Origin: Salisapilia sapeloensis CBS 127946
Lineage: Eukaryota > Protista > Oomycota
Length of the DNA stretch: 64,000 nt
Direction of reading: 5' to 3'
Assembly: GCA_023334545.1 (NCBI GenBank)
Contig: JAADVB010000038.1
Location: 38,952-102,951 of the forward strand
The position numbers and the translations under genes are program-made. Shown piece after piece: positions 1 to 10,460 of the stretch. Numbering within the stretch: the first letter of the stretch is position 1; each line of letters begins with the position of its first letter. The notes under the pieces are model-generated. The model searched no databases. It saw only the letters and a list, made by a program, of their open reading frames with translations, and was not told the origin of the DNA.

Positions 1-1
1 G

Positions 2-3000
2 CTGCAGACCAAGGCGATCACGACGCCAGCGGACGTCTTTGCCCAGCGCAAGGGCGGCGCGCGTCAGATGTCTAAGTCTTCCCACTACGACCTCTTGGGC
101 GTTGGTCAGGACGCATCGCCGGAAGAGATCAACCAGCGCTATCACGACCTGACGTCGACGATGAACCCTGAGAACAAGGACGATAAGGAGCAGATTGAGC
201 AGATCAACCAGGCATACGAGGCGCTGCGAGACCCTTCGCAACGATCTCGCCACGACTCGGAGCTGAACCGCACGTCGTCGCAACACGAGACGCAGTTTAT
301 CTCCGAGACCGCTCGGTCGGGACAGACGGAATGCCAAGTGTGCTTCCGTCCGTTCAAGCTCGGTCGACGACAGCACCACTGTCGACGATGCACGCGCAGC
401 GTTTGTAACCAGTGCTCGGAAGGCACTAAGGCGATCCCGGAACTCGGGTTCCCGCAGCCCGTGCGACACTGCAGCGCTTGTCTGGACAACCCGCCAAAGT
501 TCGTCAAGCCGGTGCTCGAGGCCGTCGCCAAGCCTCCTGCTGGCTTCGAGTTCCTATCCAAGCTCGATGTCCACGTGGACGTGAAGCCGCAAAAGTCTTC
601 CGGCCAGTCCGACGACGAGCCGTGTGAGGTGAAGCTCTTCTGCGAACCGAACGCCGACGCCGTCAAACAGGCCAACTACACGCTGACGGACTCGGACCGG
701 CAGCTGGCGAACGAGTACTCGATCGTCCAGGCGCGGTCGTTCCCGGAGTTCGAGTGGCTCTTCCAGGCACTTGGGGAGCACACGAACATCAAGGCGCTTC
801 CGTTTTTCCCAGAGAAACGCGTGGCCAAGTCGGAGCGGGAGAAGAAGGCGGAGCAGCTGCAGACGTTCTTATACGGCTGTCTTCTCCACCCGCTGCTTCG
901 TGACTTGGACTGCTTGAAAGCCTTCCTCGTCCTTCCGCCAGACGAGTTCTCGACCTTCCGTCGCAATGGCGCTAAGGGCAAGTTGTACCAGAACGCCAAG
1001 TACAGTCCTTTGACCATGTCCCTCCGTCTCGAGTTCGAGAAGGCGCAGATCCGGAGCAAAGTGGATGAGCTCAAGGAACGCGATCGCGCGCACAAGGAGC
1101 GGATGAAGGAGCAGCAGAAGCGTCTGGAGCAGCAGAAGCGTCGAGAAGAAGCGCAGAAGCAGCGTCGAGATCGTGCGGACGCTCGATACCAGGCGCTGGA
1201 GGCTCGGAAGGAGTCTCAGACGGAGCGCATGGAGAGGGAAAAGGACCGGTACGAGAAGCAGAGTGGCGCGGTCCACATCCTGTTCTTCGATACGGTGCGA
1301 GACGAAGCGGAGAGGCAGACGGAGGAGGAGTCTCGAGAGAAGGAAAAGATCGAGTTCACCAAGAGCAAGGACTCGTTCCAGGCCGACACGGTCGAGTGGA
1401 ACTCAGACATGGCGTCCTGGAGCAAGCACCGGGCGGACTGGTCGGAGCACAACAACCCGGCCTTGTCTCGAGACATTGCCAACGCCTGGATCATGCGCTC
1501 GTACGGCGTCTACTACTCCCACCCGAGCGACACGAGTGACGTGCCCAAGGACCTGGTGGACCTCCAGTCGCAGATGGTTAAGATGCAGGAGAAGGAGCCA
1601 GAGTTCCTCGAGGCGGAAGGAGAGGCCGTGGATGACGAGTGGATGAAGCTGGCCAAGGAGCGAGAGCACTGGACGCAGGACCGGTCCAACATGAAGCGAG
1701 AGGACACCATGTGCAAGGACGAAGACGTCCGGTACGACCAGGAGCACAACTATGTCAAGCTGGAGAAGGAGGCGAGGCAGAAGAAGGTGTCGGTCATCAA
1801 CGCCGACTTGGAAGCGCTCAAGCGGACGATCGCCAACTGCGGTCGGTCCATCGCCCAGCGTCGCACGCGTCATGAGGCACTCCAGGACGAGTACGACAAC
1901 GAGTGGTGCGTCATCCAGACCAAGCGCGACACGGACACGAACGCTCGTCTCAAGGAGCACGACGCGCGCATTAGTCGCGGCAAGAAGCGCAGCGAGACGT
2001 TCAAGGACCAGCTCGAGCGTCAGACGAACAGCAAGCGCATGCTGCTATTCAAGCGCGCGGCGTTGACGGAGGAGCGCAAGAAGGACGTGGCGCTCTTCGG
2101 TGAGCACAAGGAGGACTGCAAGACTGCTTTGGAAGAAGCCAAGAGCGCGCGTACGGTCACGCCAGAGTACGTGTCTCGTCTGGAGGCGGACATGAAGATC
2201 CGGGCGGATGAGCTGCAGATCGTCGTCGAGAGCAACAAGCGTACGGCGCAGGAAGGCGGCGACGCCGATGTGGACGAGCGAGATGAGTTCATGAACCAAG
2301 TGCGGGAGCGTCGAAAGCAGTTCCAGCAGGAGCTGGATGATCAGAAGGCGCAGCTCGAGACCGAGAACAAGCTGTGCTCCGGTCTGCTCAAGTCGATGCA
2401 TGAGTTCATCGCCAAGCTGGACAAGGAGGTGGAGAATGCCGGTAAGGAGGACGAGTTTATCAGTACGTACGACCGGGTGGTGGAGGAAGAGAAGAAGCTG
2501 GTGCAGGACGAAGAGGCCAAGCGGGAGGAGAAGAAGGCTGCAATCACGGAGCTCATGAACGACGCTGGCAACTGGGTCCTCGAGGCACTGCACGAGCACT
2601 CGAAGCGCAAGAAGCGGGAGGCCGACCGTCTGGTGAAGCAAGCGGTGCGCGCGGCGGACTTGCAGACGCTCGTGCAGCACTTTACGCACCGTGTGATCGA
2701 GCAAGAGGAGCGCATCATGCGACAGAAGCAGCGCATCCTGAACGGCGAGCACAAGGTCGAGATGCTCAAGAGCTCCGAGAACTGGTACCAGTACGTGACG
2801 GGGCACAGTCCGGATTTGAGCAAGAAGGACTACAAGGTGATGGAGGCAGGGCAGACGCAGCGTCAGACGGACCTCAAGGAGGCGAGTCGGCTTCAGAAGG
2901 AGGACGGGAACGACAAGGGCGGCGTTGACAAGGAGCTCGGGACGAGTCGAGACGTGTCGAAAGAGAAGGAGGAGAAGCGCAACGTCTGGGCCCAAGTGGA

Positions 3001-4315
3001 GGACGTGTATGCGCAGGAGAAGCCGCAGGAGAAGGACGAGGACATGATGATGACGAGTCAGATCCGGGGTCTGCTCCAGCAGCTCGGCGAGGCGTTCGAG
3101 ATGCTGACCAACCGTCTGATGGAGGAAGAGGACTCGCTGACGCACGCCATCTCGCAGCTGGACGGAGAAGTCGAGAGCATCCACGCGTTCATGGAGCGCA
3201 TGGAAAGCGAGGAGAACGCGCTTTGCACGACGGAGAAGAACTCTCTCTCCAAGGAATCCCAAGTCCGGCATAACGAGAGCGACTTGATCGAGCAGCGCGC
3301 TCGTGCGCTCATCGACAGCTACAAGCAGATGCAAAAGGAGCATTCCAAGTACCCTGTGGAGCTGGAGAAGATCAAGAGTCAGCGAAACGAACGCGAGAAG
3401 CCGGTGGTTCCGCGAGACGGAGAGGTGGAAGCGGCCAAGAAGATGATGCAGGGACGCAACTACTACGACAAGAAGGCTTGCGCCGAGTTTGTCAAGAAGT
3501 TCAAGGCCGAAGGAGACTTAAAGGACGCGCGATCGGTCCTCGAGTGGCTCAAGCTCGTGGTCGACACGGACATTAAGCGCGACGAAAAGTGGCTGGACGC
3601 GTCTCGGAAGGAGCGCAAGGCCATGGAAGCGCTCAAGGTCAAGGGCCTCGAGGTCGATTGGGACCAAGACCTCTTGGCGCGTATCCCGGCCGTCAAGAAC
3701 GTCAAGGCCAAGCTCTTGGCGCACTCGAACAAGGCAGAGGCCGCCAAGAACGACATCCATCCGAGTGAGCAGTGGATCGTCGACCTGATCACGCTGCGCA
3801 AGAGCATCGAGGACATCGACTCGGGGCTGCTCAAGAGCGTCGACCAGGCGACGGCGAGCGCGAGCGAAGAGGAGAAGACCGTCCAAGGACACTTGCACAC
3901 GATCAAGGACCACAAGGAGTTCATCCTCAACAGCCTCCGCTTCATCGACCAGGAGGAGGCCAAGGCCGTCCGGTCCACCGGCAAGGGCATGGTCAACGGC
4001 CGTCGCACGCCGACCGACTCGGAGAACGGCTCGCTCCTCCAGAATGACGACACGCCTCGAGGAAGCAAGCAGGAGGCTTCTCGCGTCTCGTCCAACTCGA
4101 ACAAGGACAGAGCGTCCAACTCGAGCAAGGACAAGGCGACGACGCCCAAGCCATCGCCCAAGGACAAGGCGCCCAAGGACAAAGCGCCGGCGGCGTCGCC
4201 CAAGGACAAACCGACCAAGGAAAAAGAGGTGAAGCCTCGCGGCCCAGCGCCCAAGCCGGAGGAGAAAACGCCTGCCAAGGCTGCGCGCAAGGAGGTGCTG
4301 TCGGAAGAGTTCTAA
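2..4315 (+). CDS. J-like domain + FYVE zinc finger + PX domain + very long coiled-coil protein (probably 5'-truncated by the window edge)
   Basis: The frame is open from base 2 (LQTKAITTPADVFAQRKGGARQM...). J-domain: HYDLLGVGQDASPEEI...INQAYEALRDP..R..HD. FYVE: CQVC...RRQHHCRRC..VCNQC...VRHCSAC. PX-like: ARSFPEFEWLFQAL...LPFFPEK...LQTFL...HPLL...LKAFL. These are followed by ~900 aa of E/K/R-rich heptads and a K/P/D-rich tail. Confidence 0.85.
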   Translation: MQTKAITTPADVFAQRKGGARQMSKSSHYDLLGVGQDASPEEINQRYHDLTSTMNPENKDDKEQIEQINQAYEALRDPSQRSRHDSELNRTSSQHETQFISETARSGQTECQVCFRPFKLGRRQHHCRRCTRSVCNQCSEGTKAIPELGFPQPVRHCSACLDNPPKFVKPVLEAVAKPPAGFEFLSKLDVHVDVKPQKSSGQSDDEPCEVKLFCEPNADAVKQANYTLTDSDRQLANEYSIVQARSFPEFEWLFQALGEHTNIKALPFFPEKRVAKSEREKKAEQLQTFLYGCLLHPLLRDLDCLKAFLVLPPDEFSTFRRNGAKGKLYQNAKYSPLTMSLRLEFEKAQIRSKVDELKERDRAHKERMKEQQKRLEQQKRREEAQKQRRDRADARYQALEARKESQTERMEREKDRYEKQSGAVHILFFDTVRDEAERQTEEESREKEKIEFTKSKDSFQADTVEWNSDMASWSKHRADWSEHNNPALSRDIANAWIMRSYGVYYSHPSDTSDVPKDLVDLQSQMVKMQEKEPEFLEAEGEAVDDEWMKLAKEREHWTQDRSNMKREDTMCKDEDVRYDQEHNYVKLEKEARQKKVSVINADLEALKRTIANCGRSIAQRRTRHEALQDEYDNEWCVIQTKRDTDTNARLKEHDARISRGKKRSETFKDQLERQTNSKRMLLFKRAALTEERKKDVALFGEHKEDCKTALEEAKSARTVTPEYVSRLEADMKIRADELQIVVESNKRTAQEGGDADVDERDEFMNQVRERRKQFQQELDDQKAQLETENKLCSGLLKSMHEFIAKLDKEVENAGKEDEFISTYDRVVEEEKKLVQDEEAKREEKKAAITELMNDAGNWVLEALHEHSKRKKREADRLVKQAVRAADLQTLVQHFTHRVIEQEERIMRQKQRILNGEHKVEMLKSSENWYQYVTGHSPDLSKKDYKVMEAGQTQRQTDLKEASRLQKEDGNDKGGVDKELGTSRDVSKEKEEKRNVWAQVEDVYAQEKPQEKDEDMMMTSQIRGLLQQLGEAFEMLTNRLMEEEDSLTHAISQLDGEVESIHAFMERMESEENALCTTEKNSLSKESQVRHNESDLIEQRARALIDSYKQMQKEHSKYPVELEKIKSQRNEREKPVVPRDGEVEAAKKMMQGRNYYDKKACAEFVKKFKAEGDLKDARSVLEWLKLVVDTDIKRDEKWLDASRKERKAMEALKVKGLEVDWDQDLLARIPAVKNVKAKLLAHSNKAEAAKNDIHPSEQWIVDLITLRKSIEDIDSGLLKSVDQATASASEEEKTVQGHLHTIKDHKEFILNSLRFIDQEEAKAVRSTGKGMVNGRRTPTDSENGSLLQNDDTPRGSKQEASRVSSNSNKDRASNSSKDKATTPKPSPKDKAPKDKAPAASPKDKPTKEKEVKPRGPAPKPEEKTPAKAARKEVLSEEF

Positions 4316-4633
4316 TTGTCAGTTGGCGTGTGCTACGAGGGACTAGATGCGCACGAAAGGAAGTGTTTGTCGACCATGCCCCGCCCCTTCTTTTGATTTG
4401 ATTTACATTTTGCATCCCATTTTGCCTGTGAATATGGGTCCTAGTGACTACTCGAGCTTCCATCGGAACGAGCTCGAGGATGGTCGCTCGAAATGAAGCA
4501 GCAGCGACGCGCTTCTTAATAAAAGAAAATTTCAAACCTTTATCCTTTTCTTTTTCTTTGGACAACGAGTAGCGCATCTGCTCTCGAGGTGCATTCACCA
4601 TCCTCCCGTACGCCTTCGACTGCTCACAAAGGA

Positions 4634-5756
4634 ATGGATTCGGCGGCGTATATCGCTCCGGCAGTCGTTGTCGGTCTCTGTGTCTACTCAGTCCTATGGA
4701 CGCTAATCACGGCGCCAGGCTTTCGTGTCAAGGACAAGCATGTCTTCATCTCCGGTACGTCCTCCTGTCTGTTGTTTACGACAAAGCCCTCATGCACATC
4801 TAGGTGGGACCAAAGGCACTGGTCTAGCCATTGCCAAGAAGTATGCTGCCTCGGGAGCTAAAGTACGCTTTCCATTAACTATTGTGTCGACTATTATCTA
4901 ACACGCACTAGCTGTCGCTCGTCGGTCGCTCCATGGATAGACTCCAAGCGGCTGAAAGTGCCATCAAGGAAAAGTGTGGCGACAAGGTTTCCATCTTCCT
5001 AAAGCAGTGCGACGTCTCGGCGTACGAGCAAGTGGAAGAAGCCGTGGCGGAGGCCAACGACTTTCACGCTCGAGCGCCCGACCACGTCGTCTGTGCCGTC
5101 ACGCCTCGTCCTGCTGGCTTCTTCCTCTCCCAGCCGATCGAAACGCACTATGACGCACTCAACACGGGTCTCTTTGGCGCTTTGCACCTTGTCAAGGCAG
5201 CTCTTCCGTCCATGATTGAAGCGAAAAACAAGGGAAGAGTAGTATTCGTCAGCTCTGCGGAGGCCTTCATGCTGCCCATTGGATCCACAGCCATGAGTGG
5301 AGCGCTATGTGGCATCCGTGGACTCGCAGAAGGTCTGCGCAACGAACTCAAGCTGTACGGCATGCGCGTTTCGATCTTTTACCCTGGCTCGTGCCCGCCG
5401 TCTCTCGTGGGCAACAAAAAGAATGACGACTACCAGGCCATCAATGACAAAGTAGACGTCAAGCAGGACGATGCAAACGCCCAGACGCTCGTCAATGGTC
5501 TTCGCTTAGGTTTGCTCTTGCTCTTTATCCTTTGTGAGATAGAGCATTTACTTATTACGCGATGGATGCAGGTCACTTTGCCATCACGACGACTTGGCAG
5601 GGCTGGATGGCTCGCATGGTTGCGAACGGAGTGGCTCCGAGGATCAACACGCCACTGGAAACCTTGCTGCTTCCGTTTGCATTCCCGATCCAGTCCTGGT
5701 ACACCTCTCGTATGGCTTCTCATGCGTCCTTGGAGCCTACTCTCACCAAGCAGTAA
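4634..5756 (+). CDS. 3-ketodihydrosphingosine reductase (KDSR/Tsc10)-like short-chain dehydrogenase with degenerate catalytic motif
   Basis: Inferred introns 4755-4803, 4863-4911 and 5510-5571 rebuild an N-terminal TM helix, Rossmann motif HVFISGGTKGTGLAIAK, CDVSAYEQV, VFVSSA, RGLAEGLRNEL, and a KDSR-like C-terminus (LGHFAITTTWQGWMARMVANGVAP). Confidence 0.8.
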
Positions 5757-6365
5757 GTTTTGATGCTGGACCGCAATGCACGCGTCTTGCCTATGCTTGA
5801 GTCTTTTGACTTTCTTTACATAATTTTTCGGTCTTCTTTGCTATCCTCCTATCAGCGCAATGAACATACCTCCCAGAGATACGAACTAGAGCTTTGAACT
5901 CTTGGTAGTAGTATTCACCACGATATGGAAGATGATAGCTGCAGCAACAAACGAAACGAATACACTTTCTTTAGCACGTTTCAAGACAATTTACGGTTCG
6001 AACTGGAGTTGATATGTCTAATCATGTCTTTCACATGCACTTGCATTGCTCTTGTTCTGTTCATAGAGCATTGCCAGTCCATCTTTCCACACAGCAAACG
6101 TCACATACAGAATTTGTTGAAATGAATACTAGATACTAGATGCGGCAGTCTAAAGTATTCATTTCTTCCGCACGAAACAATGCTACTCTTTTCTTCCGCA
6201 ACAGGAATTTCTTGCATCCTTGCGTTCGACTACAATGAACTATAGTAGATAGGCAATTTAATATTCCTTTTAGATATTCCAATACGAACTATCTTCAGTC
6301 GTAACCACGGACAGAAATACACACGAATTTCGTACCAGCACTTTCACCTGACTAGTCATAGATTC

Positions 6366-7982
6366 ATGGCTAATCACATTCTGCTCTCAGTGAGGGAATA
6401 TGCCGTGCTACTTGTTAACCAGTGGAAACGTTGTCAAGTATCTCGCAAAGGAGTCTACACGATTGAACGTCTAAGGGCACTTCAAATGTATTCTGCCAGC
6501 CATTCTCTCGTGCACAGCATTGCTTTCTCGGTACTGATTCCAATGCCTGTGTTTGCTATCATTCTACTCTTTGATGTATTCCCATTGGCATCGCCAAGCG
6601 ACCCGTGGCAAGCCAACTACGTTGCTTTCGGTCGCGTCTTTTGCATGACCTTTGTCTGCTCCATTGGCGCTGTCACTCAGATCTTCCAACTAGTTCCATT
6701 GCTTCACTTGAGATGGCGAGATGTACTCGTCGTCGCTTCTTCCACAAGTACGTTGGTCGTGATAATCCTGATTCTCTTGGCCGAGTACTGGGTGTACCCC
6801 ACACCATTCGCTCTGCTTTTGCTCCCTGCTGTCTTTATGCTGGTCGTAGGCGCACTCTGCAGCTCCAAATTCGGCACATCGCCGTCTCTAGAGCTGCGAA
6901 CGCAGATACGACGTCTCTTTGCCATATATCTCAGTCAGGCAGTAATTGTCATAGCCTACATGGGATACACGATAATCTTCTACCAACTTCCAGCAAAAGG
7001 CCAAGCCTATTTTGTCTTGCTTTTACCAATGATCAAGTTCGCAGGCAAGCTCGTTATCGCATGGTTACTACACAACTCTCCTCAGGACATTCCAGAGACA
7101 ACCGTTTTCATCAGCGAGCTTTTCAATGCCTTGTACGCTGCCAACTGCATGCAAACGAGCACTTCGAACTGGGCAACGATCCTCCTCATCGGATTCGACG
7201 TTGGCAGCTCTATCATGTCGCTCACCGATTTATACTTATCGTCCAAGGTGATCTACAACTTTAACAGGAGAAATGAAGGCCAAAGCTTACTGCATGAAGC
7301 GTTGGAGCTATGGGAATTCTCGACCGGTGAGACCAGTCGGTGCATCTCGCGAGTACCATTTAATGCTGTCGTGCCAGTTCATCGACAGGAGAACGTGAAT
7401 GGCAGACTGTTAGTAGTGCTTCCAGCTAGGTGCAGCACATCTGAACTCTTCCGACAAGATTCGGCACACGATGATAAGAAGTTGAGGCTGTTCAAATGGA
7501 CACAAGGGGAGCAAAAGATATTAGTGGAGAAAACGCAGGTACTATTGTTTCGAAGCGAGTACTTGATATTGGTGGAATATGTCGAGTGCATCGTGCCCAT
7601 GATCTGCCTGACCTATGTCTGGATCCTCCATTACCTACCAAATGCCAGGTACCATCTCTATTTGAGGAGCATCGACGAGGGCCAGCTTGAACGAGCAAGT
7701 CGCAATTTGCTGCTTTACGTTTTGATGGAATGCATATCGTTCATTGGGCTCATGGGTCTACTACGCTGGTGCTTTGGCTTTTCACCCGTCAAGCAAGTGG
7801 CGTTCGTCCTTGAGAACCAGTCTACATCGATCCTCGGTCGCTTTGCCATGTGGCTGACACTCGTACTCCACATTCCCATCCTCCACTTTGGTACGTCTAT
7901 TCTCTATCTCTTGCATGCAACCTACGACTACGACTAACTGGACACAGGCCTAGCGTTTGGTCTGAACTGGTCCTATTTCTAG
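6366..7982 (+). CDS. Oomycete-type multi-pass membrane protein of unknown function (about 10 TM helices)
   Basis: 523-aa ORF with many hydrophobic segments and family-type motifs (YTIERLRALQMY, LPLASPSDPWQANY, ELFNALYAANCMQ, SEYLILVEYVECIVP, QVAFVLENQ). A probable last intron 7891-7947 gives ...HFGLAFGLNWSYF*. Confidence 0.75.
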
Positions 7983-8088
7983 CTCGTTCCTCATCTACGA
8001 CGTCTTAGGATCCATGTTCGAAAGCCCGCCAAATACTTATGTCGATACGATTTTCAAGTACATTTTGCGTTTTGAAAGGCATTCTTTC

Positions 8089-8123
8089 GATTGGCTATAA
8101 TTCAAATCCAGGCGCCGGATTGG
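8089..8123 (+). promoter_or_regulatory. Pair of reverse CCAAT boxes (GATTGG) upstream of the Cramped/TKI1-like gene
   Basis: GATTGG at 8089-8094 and 8118-8123, about 125-160 bp before the ATG at 8247. A similar GATTGG lies at 11120-11125 upstream of ATP10. Confidence 0.35.
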
Positions 8124-8246
8124 TTGTTTTCATATACTGAAATTCCCGCTCGATAAGCGTCGGAAAATCGCGGGAGACGGAAGTGCTCTCGTCTGCAGCC
8201 AGTACGCGAGCTACGATCACTTGCAGATTTATTAAGATACACTACA

Positions 8247-9491
8247 ATGGACTTGCTTGGCGGATCCTTCCACCTAGGTACTTTTTATATCGTCTATTGC
8301 TCCCTATCGTCTGTAGATGCCGACTAAACGTTGTGTCGAGTAGACGGAGAAGATCTCGAGACATGGGCTGGAGGCAACGTCACGGACCTAGCGCCACTCG
8401 TGGGCTCATTCATCGATGACGATCTGCATCAGTCGTCGGAAATCAACGCTGCAGCGCACGATAACTGGCTGACGTTTCTAGACACGTACGAGCCGAATGC
8501 GTCGACTTCAGGTCTTTCGCTCGACCATGACGTTGCTCCTTTTACGACTTCCGAGTCAGAGGCGTCGACAGAGCCAACGAGGAGTCGAAAGAAGCGAAAG
8601 TTGTCCGAAAACGTCGACACCAACCTAAAAAAACGCAAGGTAGAGCCGAAGCACGAGAGCCATTCGCCTACGAAAGCGTCCGTACGCGTAGCACAAGAGA
8701 AAGTAGTTCATTGGCCGACCGTCCGTAGCAAAAGGACGAAACAGTCGAGTCCTGATAAGAGTCGTAAAACGTCTTCCGAAGCGTACTCGACGCCTCCGAC
8801 GAAAGCATCCAAGAGCGCATCGCACGAGACGTTCGTGACGCCTCCACCAACGGAGGCGTATGCTCTAGAGAGCTTCTTTTCATCTCCAACGCCTCAGAAC
8901 AGGAAGAAGAAGAAGATGTCTGTGAAAATGCGTTTCGTTCCTTTGGACAGCAAGACGCGGAATTGTGTCGCGGCCTGTGGGTGCAACCCAAAGGTCGAAT
9001 TAGCCCTCCGGACGTCGAAGAACGTGTCGAAAGTCGTAGCATACATGCGTCGCAAGTGGAAAGAAGTGGATGAGATCATGCCAGTCGGGACGTCTCTCCA
9101 TCTCTCTCCGACAGAAGTTTGTACGACGAGTTGGACGGAAGATAGTACCGAGGTTTCTTGTCTAGATATTTGGAATGAGTATGGAAAGAAGGTGAATGGA
9201 GAGAGCGTCGTCATGGTCTCGTACGTATGGAAAGCAGCTACTGGATCACCTTCAGACGCGCAAGAGTCCAAGGAAGAGGACTCGACTCCTCCTGCCACTG
9301 CATCAGATGCAGACAAAACGAAAGCAAAGGAGGACTGGGGTCTCGGGATGGAACTCCCGGAAGACGTGGCGATCCCGGCACTTTCGACACAGCAAGAGGC
9401 GAAACCGAAGAAGAAGCTTCGACGGATCACACCGACACTTGTATCCAAGTCGGTTATGGAGGAGCTGGAGAAAGTATTTAAGGCAGAGTAG
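8247..9491 (+). CDS. Cramped/TSL-kinase-interacting protein 1 (TKI1)-like nuclear protein
   Basis: Exon 1 is MDLLGGSFHL, followed by intron 8278-8343. The segment KMRFVPLDSKTRNCVAACGCNPKVELALRTSKNVSKVVAYMRRKW resembles the conserved TKI1/Cramped domain (pattern recalled as LQLFPID..T...L.....NP.LELTL...K.I..V..HL.RKW). Basic NLS-like clusters are present. Confidence 0.55.
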
Positions 9492-9529
9492 TGTACGATC
9501 AGAGACGAGTAACATGGCTTGTTTTCACA

Positions 9530-10460
9530 TTATGTTTCCGTCGCAGGTCTTGCGATAGACTCTTTCTTACTACTCGAAGGCGCTCGGACGGTCACGGCGC
9601 TGTTCATACGCTTGACGGGCGGACATGCCTGCTGGCATAGTTAGACCAATGTGTAGGAAGGATAGAATAGGACGTACGGATGGACACTTGGCTTTGGCGT
9701 TATGGGAGAAAGTAGTAAAGGTCGAGCGCGGAGGACGGTACGTTCCTGGTCCAGGAGGCACGTCCGTATTCCGCATGAACGTGACTTCGGACTCGTTCCG
9801 GCGCTGGATGTTGCCCACGAGCCAACTGCTTCGACTCCCGACGTTTGCATGTGGGTTCCGGTCTTCCTTGGGACTGCCTGGTGGAGGGTCTCGACGACGA
9901 CTGCGTGCTGGGGAAGCTAGTCGTCCGCCTGCTACGTCTGGTTGATGTGGCGCGTAGATCGGACCAGGAGAGAACTCGCCCATGTTTTCCCGCGTGTGTT
10001 GAGACGAATAGAACTGTACGCGTTGGTTGTTCATCTTTGCACGATCTTCCTCTTCTCCATGTCGATCGCCAAAGCGACTGGCGTTCCCAAAGACAGCACC
10101 AGTGAGGTGTCGAGGTGTGGATTTGCTGCTCGGTATATTCGAAGCAGACGTTGGCTTTCCATGATGTGCTGAAGCAGTTAGTTGCTGAAATTTATCTCCC
10201 TCCGGCCTCGGGATGGATAGAGGAGTCGTTGTCGATATGAGCACGCCTTTGCGATCGATACACGAAAGCCAGGACTCGCGATGTCCACGTCGTGGACTGC
10301 TCATTTGCGGTAACCTCGTTCTGGACGGTGGTGCGCTTGGCGCTAAGGAGAACGAGGTTTGCTTTATTTTGCCTCCGTTGGCATGATACGACTCAACATT
10401 GTACTTTGGACCGGGACTATCACATGCCGTGAGCTCTCGCTGGTGACCAGGTCCGGTCAT
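9530..10460 (-). CDS. ODF3/SHIPPO (STPG, sperm-tail PG-rich repeat) flagellar protein
   Basis: Repeats DSPGPKYNV, FSPGPIYAP and VPPGPGTYRP with FG-type linkers (AVFGNASRF). A probable 46-nt intron 9632-9677 extends the CDS to a stop at 9530. Confidence 0.65.

Noticed and set aside
4130-4260. Short imperfect repeats CCCAAGGACAA
   Set aside because: They encode the low-complexity PKDK tail; not a CRISPR array or mobile-element repeat.
142-4601. Many long antisense or alternate-frame ORFs over gene 1 (e.g. 2045-3343, 432 aa; 3463-4290)
   Set aside because: Shadow ORFs expected from strong GC3 bias and E/K-rich codons; the translations are L/V/S-rich with no motifs.
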